Under the pieces are notes generated by a model. The model did not search any database. It was not told where the DNA came from and saw nothing but the letters and a program-made list of their open reading frames with translations. A program made the position numbers and the translations under genes. Of a DNA stretch of 64,000 nucleotides, positions 9,651-19,108 are shown in pieces. Positions within the stretch are counted from its first letter, which is position 1. Each line of letters starts with the position of its first letter. Source of the stretch: Puniceicoccaceae bacterium (GTDB taxonomy: Bacteria > Verrucomicrobiota > Verrucomicrobiia > Opitutales > Oceanipulchritudinaceae); the NCBI GenBank assembly GCA_040830765.1, contig JBFOMH010000003.1, forward strand, positions 32,001 to 96,000, in the 5' to 3' direction.

Positions 9651-10631
9651 ATGACCACCCTGTCACAGTCAGCAACGCTGCCCGTTCCCTATGATTTGAG
9701 CGCAGCACCCGAATGGTTCCTCAAGAAAGCACGCTTCGCCAAGCGGTTTTTCCTGAATCTTGCCCCCATCCGCTATGCGCTGGCTGCTGAAGAAGGGGGT
9801 CCTATCAGCCAGGTGGAATACGGCCAGGCGGAATACATGGGCCAGCTCTGGCAGCTGTGCCGGGCGACCTTGCAGGAGGATTTCCAGCACCCGATGGGGA
9901 AAAAGCTGGAGTTGTTCTCCTCCGCAGACGGCTCGGGCATGGGGCTGACACGGCTTGAGGCCCGCGCCAAGGCTATCTCCGAAGCCCTCGAACGCTGGGC
10001 CTACACGGAGACCAGTTCCGGACCGGACGCTGTTCTCTATGGATATCCGTATTCCATGAGTACCAAGGGCATGGCCGCCTTTCCCAGTGTTTTCCCGGGA
10101 ATGGCACGCCGCACCGCCATTTCAGAGGCTTTTGAATACTACTCGGTGGACGCGTGGTGGGGAGGCACTCTCAACCACTGGATAATCAATCGGGACGATT
10201 CAACTATCGTCTTCATCAACCAGCCTGAGTTCAAGGGACATATCGCCTTGGCTATCCGGCACCTCGACCTGAACGACTATGTCGCCGCTTACGGGATAGG
10301 ATCGGGTGCTACGGCTGAAGAAGCCGAACTCAAGGCACAACTGGAAGCCTGCCGCTCACAGACCATTCTCGAACGGCGTGATGCGACACCCCACCGTGTC
10401 CGTAACAAGCCCGTCCTGGAAATGGAACAACGCCTGCTCGAGTTCTCTTCGCGCGAAGGCTTTGCCATGGTCAAGGATCGTCTTGCCAGTCGCCCGTGGT
10501 TGCCGGAAATCAAGCCCAACGTCATCTTCGACGGACCGGTCAAGGGACCATGGAATAAGTACGCCCATGTCTGGCGCTACGCACTGGAGCCCTTCCCGAT
10601 TAAGTATCGCCAACGTCAGTTTGTTGCCTGA
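9651..10631 (+). CDS. YcaO-like protein (stand-alone, short)
   Basis: Three YcaO-type ATP/Mg motifs: GSGMG...AKAISEALERWA, TKGMAA...AISEAFE and YGIGSG...AELKAQLE. Confidence 0.75.
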   Translation: MTTLSQSATLPVPYDLSAAPEWFLKKARFAKRFFLNLAPIRYALAAEEGGPISQVEYGQAEYMGQLWQLCRATLQEDFQHPMGKKLELFSSADGSGMGLTRLEARAKAISEALERWAYTETSSGPDAVLYGYPYSMSTKGMAAFPSVFPGMARRTAISEAFEYYSVDAWWGGTLNHWIINRDDSTIVFINQPEFKGHIALAIRHLDLNDYVAAYGIGSGATAEEAELKAQLEACRSQTILERRDATPHRVRNKPVLEMEQRLLEFSSREGFAMVKDRLASRPWLPEIKPNVIFDGPVKGPWNKYAHVWRYALEPFPIKYRQRQFVA

Positions 10632-10698
10632 CCAGGCACCGCTGCTGCCAATCTGCTGTCAATCTCCACAAACCGTCTTCATCCTAACCACAGGCACA

Positions 10699-11193
10699 AT
10701 GAGCACGCATGAAAGCACTTTCAACTTCCCGTTCATCTCCAACCTGATTTCTGACAAGGCTGGTGAGCGAACGAGCCAATTCCGTAAACAGGCTGTCTCC
10801 ATGAAAGAAAAAGCCCTCTGCCTTGACGACGACCCCCTTTCGCTTCGTCTGGTTGAGCACCTGTTGAAGGAGCGCTACCAGGTTGTTTCCTGTCCCACCA
10901 TTGATGCCGCAGTCAAGGCGGTACGGCGGCACAAGTTCTGCCTCTTCCTGTGCGACTATCATCTCGGGGAGCATTTCACTGGCGCTCGCGCCAACGAAAT
11001 CCTCACCCGGAAATACCGTTTCAATCCAATCCACCGGGTTCTGATCACTTCCTACCCGTCGCCGGAAATTGAAAAGGAGACCCTGGCCAGCGGATTTGAA
11101 AGAGTATTCGCAAAACCGCTACGTCGAGAGTTCCAATCCTATTGCCTGAGCCTTTACCGTCCTCCCCTCAAGAGTGGCATGGCCGTAGGCTGA
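10699..11193 (+). CDS. Single-domain response regulator (CheY-like receiver)
   Basis: LCLDDD, LFLCDYHLG, LITS and FAKP motifs. Start is 10699 or 10801. Confidence 0.82.
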   Translation: MSTHESTFNFPFISNLISDKAGERTSQFRKQAVSMKEKALCLDDDPLSLRLVEHLLKERYQVVSCPTIDAAVKAVRRHKFCLFLCDYHLGEHFTGARANEILTRKYRFNPIHRVLITSYPSPEIEKETLASGFERVFAKPLRREFQSYCLSLYRPPLKSGMAVG

Positions 11194-11409
11194 ATCCAGC
11201 AAGCGAAGCCCCCGTCATGATTGCCATTACCACCATAGGCCTTCTGGCCAATGGAACCCACCCCGTCCCCCGGGATGGCCACCCGAGACCTCGTACGGTC
11301 CGGAGGGGTTGCCGACCCCTGCCCAAGCCCGCCACTGTCCGCGTCAGGAAGGATCGGGGAGAACGCTAAAATTATTGCCAGCGGGATAAGGAAACGGCTT
11401 CCTTGAAGC

Positions 11410-13599
11410 ATGACTCTCGCTGCCAGACTGACGGCCTTGTTGATTATCGTCGCCGTCACGCCCGACCTCCCGGGCAAACCCAAGCCGGTTCCGGCTACCG
11501 GGCATGGAGTGCCACCGCCTCCGGTTGAGCTGAGCGGATCAAACGACACCCTGCTGCAGGCCAACCTGGCACCTGAGAACCAATATTCGATCGGCAGTCC
11601 CTCCGATGAAGAGCAGGCCATTGTCGAGATGATTAACCGGGCCCGTGCGGATGCCGACGCGGAAGCGCTACGTCTCGCCAATACCACCGACCAGGATGTC
11701 CTGGATGCGATCTGCTTTTTTGGTGTCAACCTGCCGGAGATGATCAACCAGTTCGCTGCCCTCCCCCAGTCCCTTCCCCCGCTTTCCATCCATCCTGAAT
11801 TAACGGATATGGCCCGCCTTCATTCCCAGGACATGTTTGACAATGTTTTCCAGGGCCACACCAGTTCCGGCACTCCCCCCGCTCCCTACTCCGCCGGGGA
11901 CACACTCTCAGACCGTGCTGCCGAGTTCACCTATGCCTACACGACGCTCGGAGAGAATGTTTATGCCTTCGCCAGATCTGATGCCTATGGTCATGCCAGT
12001 TTTGAAATCGACTGGGGATTCGATGCCTTTGGGATGCAAAGCCCACCGGAACACCGGGAAACGATTCATGATGCCCGATTTAAGGAAATTGGAATTGGCA
12101 TTATCAAGGGAACTAATTCGACCGAGTCCCTGACCGTTGGTCCCTTGCTGATGACCCAGGTATTCGGCGAGCCCCAGTCGTCAGGTCCCTTTATTACGGG
12201 CGTCGCCTATTACGACCTCAATGGAAATGGATTTTATGACGCCGGAGAGGGACTTGGCGGATTGACCGTTTCCACCGAGGAAACGACGGCCTGGGCACTG
12301 ACCGCAAACAGCGGGGGTTACTCCATTCCGGTCCCGTCGGATGGCGCCTACACGGTTACATTTTCCGGGTTAGGCATCACGCCCCAGACTACGGTCGTCA
12401 ACGTGGCGTCCGGGGAAAACATCAAGCAGGACTTTGCCATTGGATATGTCCCACCCGTCCTCTCCGGCTCATCCACGCCCTTTACCGGGATCGACAACGA
12501 ATATGCCATATCTCCAACGCCAGGAGCTACTGGCTACTGGTTCAAGGTATATACTGAAAATGTCACTACATGGCTGGAGGGGGCCGAGAACGGTAACACG
12601 GATGTCACGATCCTCAACAGCCCTGAATACGTCGTCATCCAGGGAGAGGTGGTCCGCAACGGGGCCAATGCCTTTCACCTTGCCCATCCGGGAGGCGGAA
12701 GCGACCAGGTCATCACGCTTCAGCATACCATATTTCCAACCGCCAGCAGTGAACTTCGTTTTGGCAGCAAGCTGCAGTATGCAACCTCCTCGCAAACGGC
12801 CAATGTGGACGTATCCACCAACGAAGGAATATCATGGACCAATATTTACCGCCAGACAGGATCCAACTCCAGCGGGGAAGCCGGTTTTGTCTACCGTTTT
12901 GTCCCTCTGGGAAGTTATGCCGGCCAACCGCTGCGGATTCGCTTCCGCTACTCCGTTGAAGGATGCAACCCCTCCATCTACGATGGTATCACCACAAACA
13001 TTGGCTGGATTATCGACGACATTACGGTGGCCAACGCGACCCGCTTGCTCCCGGAAAGCGAATTCATCCTGGGGTCCCCAATAGCGACTTTCAATCCCGC
13101 CACCGCCGGGGAATTCTACCTCACTGCCCGTCCGGTCAACAATTTCAAGGGCTTCCCCTATGGTCCGCTCCTCAAGGTAACATCCGGACCTGCCGGGCCG
13201 CAGGACTTGTGGCGGCTGGATAACTTCCTCCAGGCCGACCTCAATGACTCAGCCAAGGAATCGACAATATGGGGCGACCTCGCTGATCCCGACAAGGATG
13301 GATTGGGCAACTTACTTGAGTACGCCCTGGCGGGTAATCCCAACCTCGCCGATGCCCACATGATTATGCCGCAGTTCGGCCGGTCGGGAGGTGTCCTGAC
13401 GCTCAGTTACACGATGCAACGCTCTGAATTGAGCTACCGCGTCCTGACGAATACGGATCTCCAGGACCAGCCATGGACATCAACCGGGGTCAGCCAGACG
13501 CCGGATCCCGACACCGCGAGCGAAGGCACCCCCATAGAGGCTTCCGTGACCCTCGGCGTTGGTCGCCGTTTCCTGCAGCTTGAGGTGGTTGAGCCCTGA
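11410..13599 (+). CDS. Secreted CAP/SCP-domain protein with prealbumin-like and beta-sandwich domains and a verrucomicrobial C-terminal domain
   Basis: INRAR, ARLHSQDM..FQGH, GENV, HRETI..FKEIGIG (CAP); FITGVAYYDLNGNGFYDAGEGL; C-terminal DPDKDGLGNLLEYAL. Confidence 0.82.
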   Translation: MTLAARLTALLIIVAVTPDLPGKPKPVPATGHGVPPPPVELSGSNDTLLQANLAPENQYSIGSPSDEEQAIVEMINRARADADAEALRLANTTDQDVLDAICFFGVNLPEMINQFAALPQSLPPLSIHPELTDMARLHSQDMFDNVFQGHTSSGTPPAPYSAGDTLSDRAAEFTYAYTTLGENVYAFARSDAYGHASFEIDWGFDAFGMQSPPEHRETIHDARFKEIGIGIIKGTNSTESLTVGPLLMTQVFGEPQSSGPFITGVAYYDLNGNGFYDAGEGLGGLTVSTEETTAWALTANSGGYSIPVPSDGAYTVTFSGLGITPQTTVVNVASGENIKQDFAIGYVPPVLSGSSTPFTGIDNEYAISPTPGATGYWFKVYTENVTTWLEGAENGNTDVTILNSPEYVVIQGEVVRNGANAFHLAHPGGGSDQVITLQHTIFPTASSELRFGSKLQYATSSQTANVDVSTNEGISWTNIYRQTGSNSSGEAGFVYRFVPLGSYAGQPLRIRFRYSVEGCNPSIYDGITTNIGWIIDDITVANATRLLPESEFILGSPIATFNPATAGEFYLTARPVNNFKGFPYGPLLKVTSGPAGPQDLWRLDNFLQADLNDSAKESTIWGDLADPDKDGLGNLLEYALAGNPNLADAHMIMPQFGRSGGVLTLSYTMQRSELSYRVLTNTDLQDQPWTSTGVSQTPDPDTASEGTPIEASVTLGVGRRFLQLEVVEP

Positions 13600-13606
13600 G
13601 GTTTCC

Positions 13607-14767
13607 CTAATTGGGGCTGGCTACAAAACGGATGAGCAGGGCATCATGCTCAAGGGGCAGGAGGATTTGCTCCAGGACGATGGCCCGGCCATCGGAAATC
13701 CGGGTATCCAGGTTGAGAACAGAACCGGCCATTTGCCACGTTTCGCCATCGTGGCTGTAGTGGATATTTAATTCAACTTCCGCACCGAGGTTCCTCCAAT
13801 ATACCAGGGAATATCCATCTTCAGGATCGATCGCCTGGGAGATAGAGGGCCGGCTGCCGGCATCGCTGGGGTCGGATGCGAACAGGTATTCCATCAATTG
13901 CGACCAGCCATCCCTGTCTGTGTCAGCGTTTTCCACTGGCTCCAAGGCATATCCCCCGCTCCAGTCAGCAAAGGAGACAACGGGAACGGTGGCCGGGTTC
14001 ATCACACCAACCGCATCCAAGTCAAATCCGGACGTAATGATCGTTGGATACGGATCATAAATCGCGTAGCCCTCGCAATCCATCCGGGTGCCATCCCCCG
14101 GTATGTCAACCAGGCGGACATACCGGATCGCCTCCATGTTTAAATACGGAAAATTCTCCTCCACCGATTCAGCATAGGCTTCACTGAACCGGTCATAGCC
14201 CTGCAGCAGGGCAGCATGGACCGCGGCGAGCTCGGCCAGGTCAAACGGGGTTCCAAATCCCCCCGCGTGCTTCCCGGCAAATCCCTCGATGTATTCCGGT
14301 TGTAATACCCCGAATGCACCGACGGGCTCCGCAGTCAGGGAGTAATTGGGAAACCGGACAAAATGCAGGCCATCTGAGGAAACCTCCACATAGGCCAATT
14401 CGAGAAATGTCCCGCTGAAGCTGTTTTCAAACACGGCAAAGTCGTAGCCCCCACCATCCCGGATTGAGGGCGTGAATTCCAGGACTGCCGAGCCGCCACG
14501 ACCCAATACGACGACGTCATTCCCGTTCAGAAAAGCCGGACCGAGACCTGCTTCCGGCGTTTTCCACTCCTCAGCCACTTCCTCGCCGTACGTAACCTCG
14601 ATCCCTGTGGCCCAACCCTTGATGACCGGGTCTTGATTCCAGATAGCGACTGTTCCCGGTTCCCCGGCGGCCGGACTGAAGGGAAACACCGGAGCTTCAT
14701 ATCCCAGTGCCAGCGTTGGCGGAAATCCGGTAATGGCCAGCAGCCCAAACTGAAGAAGGTGCCTCAT
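13607..14767 (-). CDS. Secreted/cell-surface protein associated with a TonB-dependent receptor
   Basis: Signal peptide; [30 protein letters not shown] and GFDLDAV motifs; starts 6 bp after the TBDR stop. Confidence 0.75.
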   Translation of the reverse strand: MRHLLQFGLLAITGFPPTLALGYEAPVFPFSPAAGEPGTVAIWNQDPVIKGWATGIEVTYGEEVAEEWKTPEAGLGPAFLNGNDVVVLGRGGSAVLEFTPSIRDGGGYDFAVFENSFSGTFLELAYVEVSSDGLHFVRFPNYSLTAEPVGAFGVLQPEYIEGFAGKHAGGFGTPFDLAELAAVHAALLQGYDRFSEAYAESVEENFPYLNMEAIRYVRLVDIPGDGTRMDCEGYAIYDPYPTIITSGFDLDAVGVMNPATVPVVSFADWSGGYALEPVENADTDRDGWSQLMEYLFASDPSDAGSRPSISQAIDPEDGYSLVYWRNLGAEVELNIHYSHDGETWQMAGSVLNLDTRISDGRAIVLEQILLPLEHDALLIRFVASPN

Positions 14768-14773
14768 ATTGCC

Positions 14774-16801
14774 TTATATGGAGTAATTAAGCCGGATGAA
14801 GGCCTGACGTCCCGGGCCCGGGTAAAAGCCTCCGCTATAGGCGGAAACCGCGTGGTTTCGATCAAACAGGTTGTGAATACCCCCCGACACAACAAATTGG
14901 GGGTGGGGATTCCAGCGGAACATCAGATCCACGATCCCATAGGCGGGAATCCTGCGGAAGGCGTTCGCGAAGTCATTCCCCTGAACCTGTGATGATAAGT
15001 AGCGACCGTGAAGTTGTATTCGCAGGGAATCAACCGGCTTGAACCAGCCGGTGAGCCCACCCTCGTACCGGGGAACAAGTGGCAGCCGCTTTCCTACAGA
15101 CTCGTCCTCGAATTCAGTCCGCACCACGGTGGCATGCATGGAAATGCCGTAGCGGTCTTTTCGATACGCTGCATTCAGCTCCAAACCGCTCCGGACTGTG
15201 TCACCAATATTGATGTTCAGGCGCTCTGACTCGGAAAAGCTGATCTCATCATCCATGCGCAAGTGGAAGACGGTCGCCGAAAGGTGCCAGTTGTCCTCAA
15301 AGCGCTTCAACCCGGCCTCGAAATTATGGCCCGTTTCCGGCTCCAAATTCACGTTGAGGGGATCCCTCAGGGGAAATCCCTGGTAAGAAGCCGTTTCATC
15401 AAGCGCCGGATACCGGTAGACACGGTCCCAGCCGGCCCACAGATTGAGCCCTTGGGACAACTTCTTTACCAGTGAAACCTCAGCCGACCAGCCGGACTTT
15501 GTAATTGTGCCGTCATATGAGGCCTCCTCATCGATATCCGGATTCTCCTGGTATTCGGGATTCGGGAATGTGCCTCGGTTCGTCTCGATAAACGGGTTCA
15601 GCTGATTCTCCTCGTAGCGGACATAGTCATTCGCTGAACGCGCTGTCTCCAGTCGCAACCCTCCCGACAATTCCAGGGTGGAGCTCAACTCCCTTGAAGA
15701 AAACAGGTATCCCCCCACGGTCAGGCGCCCGATATCCGCAAAGGAGCGTAGAATGTCCCCCGCTTCATTCGTATAGTCCCGATGCCGCACCTCATCTCCG
15801 GCAATGTCCAGACCCGTCATCAAGAACCCTTTACCGTCGCCCAGACGGACCCGCGGGGATAGCGTCAACTGGCGTTGGCGGTTGTCCCCAAATCTCCCTT
15901 CCAGGTTGGACTGGCGCTGGCGCTGCAAAACTCCACCGTTCATTTGCCAGCTGCCCCAATCTTCCTGGCCTTCCCCCATCAGGGTCGCCTGCCAGTTCTC
16001 TGCCTCAACCCGCTCCTTGCCTCCGTTGTTGGACTGGCGCGGATTTTCCCGGAACTGCCCATAGGTCAACGGCCCGGGAAATTGGATCGCTGAGTCTCCA
16101 GCCGTAAACCGTCCCCTCCACCTGGGACCACTGGTTCCACCCACATTCCAGGATAGGTGGCCGGTTCGGCTCTCAATATCCGAGTTTTCCCGGTAGCCTT
16201 TGGATTCCATCCAGTCGAGCCCACCCCGCAGGCCCACGGTCCCCAGCGCCTGCTGCAGGGATGCCGATGCCCGGCGTGTGGCATCACTTCCAAATTCTCC
16301 CTCAAGGTTTCCTGCCAATTCGCCCCCAGGTTCCCGGGTGCGCAACTTCACCACTCCGGATACGGCATGGTTCCCATACAAGACCGTCTGCCCCCCACGC
16401 AGGACTTCCACCGTCTCCAACTCCCCCAGCGAAAGGCCCAGCCAGTTAATTCCCCCCATGTCCGGCGGATTGTACACCTGCCCGTCCACCAGTACCAATA
16501 CCCGCAAGCCGCTGTTGTCCCCAAAACCCCTCAGGGCCAGCTGCCCCTCCGCTCCTGTCCCGGTGAATTGGCGAAACCGTACCCCAGCCGCCTGCTCCAA
16601 TACCTGCGGCACGCTCCACGCCCCGCTCGTCTCCAAATCCACCCGCTCCAGACGCACCACGCTCGCCGGTATCTCCATCCCCAGCCCGTCAAAATGCCAC
16701 GCTTCCACCACGTACGGACCCAGCTCCACCACCGGCTCCGCTTCCACCCTCAGAACCGCCAGTAGCAACAGGATTATCCACCTCTGTCCATTTCCCTTCA
16801 C
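14774..16801 (-). CDS. TonB-dependent receptor
   Basis: Plug motifs LRGFG..VLVLVDG and EVLRGG..LYG..A..GVV; LEPETG; NLFD; C-terminal IRLNYSI. GTG start at 16801 with GGAGG RBS. Confidence 0.9.
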   Translation of the reverse strand: MKGNGQRWIILLLLAVLRVEAEPVVELGPYVVEAWHFDGLGMEIPASVVRLERVDLETSGAWSVPQVLEQAAGVRFRQFTGTGAEGQLALRGFGDNSGLRVLVLVDGQVYNPPDMGGINWLGLSLGELETVEVLRGGQTVLYGNHAVSGVVKLRTREPGGELAGNLEGEFGSDATRRASASLQQALGTVGLRGGLDWMESKGYRENSDIESRTGHLSWNVGGTSGPRWRGRFTAGDSAIQFPGPLTYGQFRENPRQSNNGGKERVEAENWQATLMGEGQEDWGSWQMNGGVLQRQRQSNLEGRFGDNRQRQLTLSPRVRLGDGKGFLMTGLDIAGDEVRHRDYTNEAGDILRSFADIGRLTVGGYLFSSRELSSTLELSGGLRLETARSANDYVRYEENQLNPFIETNRGTFPNPEYQENPDIDEEASYDGTITKSGWSAEVSLVKKLSQGLNLWAGWDRVYRYPALDETASYQGFPLRDPLNVNLEPETGHNFEAGLKRFEDNWHLSATVFHLRMDDEISFSESERLNINIGDTVRSGLELNAAYRKDRYGISMHATVVRTEFEDESVGKRLPLVPRYEGGLTGWFKPVDSLRIQLHGRYLSSQVQGNDFANAFRRIPAYGIVDLMFRWNPHPQFVVSGGIHNLFDRNHAVSAYSGGFYPGPGRQAFIRLNYSI

Positions 16802-16856
16802 GTGACCTCCATACCCCTCATAATGGCACGGGAATGTCAATAAGGAAGGGAGTGTG

Positions 16857-18128
16857 CTATTGGGCACTGGCTCGGATGAACCGGGGGGCACCTGGCTGGA
16901 GGGCATTGGCATCCCTGACGGTGAGGTTCCATGTCCCGTCGCCGTTGGGGGAATTCCCTTCGACAATGACCTCGGCGGGATCGCTGGAGCTCCATGAACC
17001 GTCAAAGGACAGGGAGACACTGGTCCATCCGGCAAGGTCGCTACCCACTTCTACCGTATATTGGAGATCGGGGTCCTCACGGGTAGAGAAGACAGCCTGG
17101 AGGTGGCGCGCTCCGGTCAGCTCCGTCGTCCCGGAAAGCAGGGGTACGGGGTCGGTTGGATCGGAAGGGTCGAGGACAAAGGCGTATTCGGTAAAGTTGT
17201 CCAATCCGTCGCCATCGAAGTCGACAGCCGGACCAGCGACCGCCCAGTCGGTTGTCCCGAAGGCGGAGTTCATCCAGGAGACATACCCCGCCGTGGCGTC
17301 AACGGAGAAAGCAGAAATGGAGGCATCCAGGGAAGCGGCATAGTTCCCGATGTAGGAAAAGCCACTCAAGTTGCGCAGGTCCTCGAAGGCAGGCCGGCTG
17401 TCAATATCCACTGTTCCAATGAACCAGTTGATTCCAATCAGGGTAAGGACACCGCCGACGTCCCGCAGAAGAGGGGCTCCGGAATCTCCAATTTGCAGAT
17501 AAGCTTCGAAAGACACAAAATCCGGATCATCCGGCAGGTCCTGGTAGGCCAGTACAGCCTGATCGACAGTGCCAGAGTCACTGAAGTCCTCAATCCAATC
17601 ATTGAGGATATTCTTCCCCAGCGCCATATCGGTCACCAAAGGGAAGCTGGAAGGGGAACGGCCGACCATGAATGCCTCCTCGCCCGCATGCGAGGAGCTG
17701 AAGAAGCCAGCCGTATTGGCGATGGCCTCATCGGTGAAGGACATGGGAGTGTATCCGGCTGGGACTGGATCGGCCAATACACCCAGCCAGAGATCCGAGT
17801 CTTCAACCCTTTGCCCGGCAATGAGCTGCCTGCTCACAGATTCACCTGAGGGGTCGTTCGATTGATGGAATGTCATCGTACTCCCGATGGCCGGAAAGAA
17901 GTGATTGGCGGAAAGGATAACGTTTCCGCTGACCAGGGTACCCCAGCGCCCGGATTCGTTGAGGCCAATTGCCGAGAGGTCATAGGCAGCCGCGACAAAA
18001 GCCGGGTCGTTGCTGAATCGATCGTTACTGCCGCTGCTAAAGCCTTCAATGACAATGGCAGCCTCTCCCTGAAGACTCCCGCCGAGAAGGGCTCCGAGAA
18101 GCAGCAAAAATGGATTCCGACCAGGCAT
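16857..18128 (-). CDS. Secreted trypsin-like serine-protease-fold protein with verrucomicrobial C-terminal domain
   Basis: Signal peptide; ILSANH (His), DLW (Asp candidate) and GDSGAPL (Ser); C-terminal DFDGDGLDNFTEYAF. Confidence 0.7.
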   Translation of the reverse strand: MPGRNPFLLLLGALLGGSLQGEAAIVIEGFSSGSNDRFSNDPAFVAAAYDLSAIGLNESGRWGTLVSGNVILSANHFFPAIGSTMTFHQSNDPSGESVSRQLIAGQRVEDSDLWLGVLADPVPAGYTPMSFTDEAIANTAGFFSSSHAGEEAFMVGRSPSSFPLVTDMALGKNILNDWIEDFSDSGTVDQAVLAYQDLPDDPDFVSFEAYLQIGDSGAPLLRDVGGVLTLIGINWFIGTVDIDSRPAFEDLRNLSGFSYIGNYAASLDASISAFSVDATAGYVSWMNSAFGTTDWAVAGPAVDFDGDGLDNFTEYAFVLDPSDPTDPVPLLSGTTELTGARHLQAVFSTREDPDLQYTVEVGSDLAGWTSVSLSFDGSWSSSDPAEVIVEGNSPNGDGTWNLTVRDANALQPGAPRFIRASAQ

Positions 18129-18301
18129 GATGAATTAGACAGAGAATACAGCTCAACGGTGAGAGACCGATAAGAGATTACTGCAAGGTGTAACATCCAT
18201 CAAGTGCGGCAATCACCCGTCTTAAAGATTAATTTTTCTAATTTAAAACTTGTACTGTTTAAGTTCTGCTAATTAGAACTGATGTCCGGAAGAATCAGCT
18301 C

Positions 18302-19075
18302 ATGAATATATACTACTACCTCTCCTTGATTCCGGAATCCCTGGTGGCCTCGATGCTGCCGCCGGAGGAATTCGGCAATTATTATGCCCTTGGATCGCAC
18401 AAGCGCTCCCGCGGCCAGGCGATCTTCTTCGAGATCGATCCGGAAAAGGCCGGAGACGCTGTCGACATGGAAACAGTGGCCGCCCGCTGCGTCCCGCACG
18501 AGGACGGCAGCCCCCGCAAGTCGACCTACTTGCGGATTTACCGTGCCCTGGAATCGGTTTCCACGGAAGCCCTGGGGCGTCTTTTCCTGACCACGGATGA
18601 CGGCCGGACATTGGCCCTGGAATCCAAGGATTATGAGCCGGAGACGGATCGGACCCCGCACCTCTATCAGGAGATTTGCCCTGTCAATCCCCGGGTCGTC
18701 AGCAAGCTGAATCCTTATGACTTCTGCAAGCGCCTGACCTCGCCGGGTTCCATTCATGTCCCCAGGATTGTCTTTGCCGAGATGAAGCTGGAGGAGCTGG
18801 CCGAGGATCCGGATGCCCCGAAGGTGGAAAACCTCCCCTACGCCAACCTGGATCACCTCCGTGATTGCCTCAAGGAACTGCGGCATACCTATGCCAAGCC
18901 GAACAAGACGGTCATCCGGCACATGAAGACCGACTTTCTATTCCGCACCATCCGTGGCGGATTCTACATCGGGGACCAGGAGTCATTCCTCTATTACCCG
19001 ATACCGAGCATGGAGGAACTGGAAACCGTTCATTACGCATGGTGGCGCTCAGCGCTATCCGGATACGGAGCCTGA
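18302..19075 (+). CDS. Hypothetical cytoplasmic protein
   Basis: 257-aa ORF with genome-typical codon usage, ending 33 bp upstream of hppA. Confidence 0.75.
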   Translation: MNIYYYLSLIPESLVASMLPPEEFGNYYALGSHKRSRGQAIFFEIDPEKAGDAVDMETVAARCVPHEDGSPRKSTYLRIYRALESVSTEALGRLFLTTDDGRTLALESKDYEPETDRTPHLYQEICPVNPRVVSKLNPYDFCKRLTSPGSIHVPRIVFAEMKLEELAEDPDAPKVENLPYANLDHLRDCLKELRHTYAKPNKTVIRHMKTDFLFRTIRGGFYIGDQESFLYYPIPSMEELETVHYAWWRSALSGYGA

Positions 19076-19108
19076 AGCTACCGTTAACCCCCAACCAGGA
19101 AAACAGTA

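Noticed and set aside
11142..11369. Short ORF after the receiver as a second precursor peptide
   Set aside because: No clear RBS, signal peptide or similarity to the 9426 peptide; the Arg/Pro-rich composition is typical of spurious GC-rich frames.
11200..11400. Possible cobalamin riboswitch (CCCGCCACTGT...GGAAGG)
   Set aside because: No B12 box or recognisable P4/P5 region was found. An Infernal/Rfam scan would be decisive.
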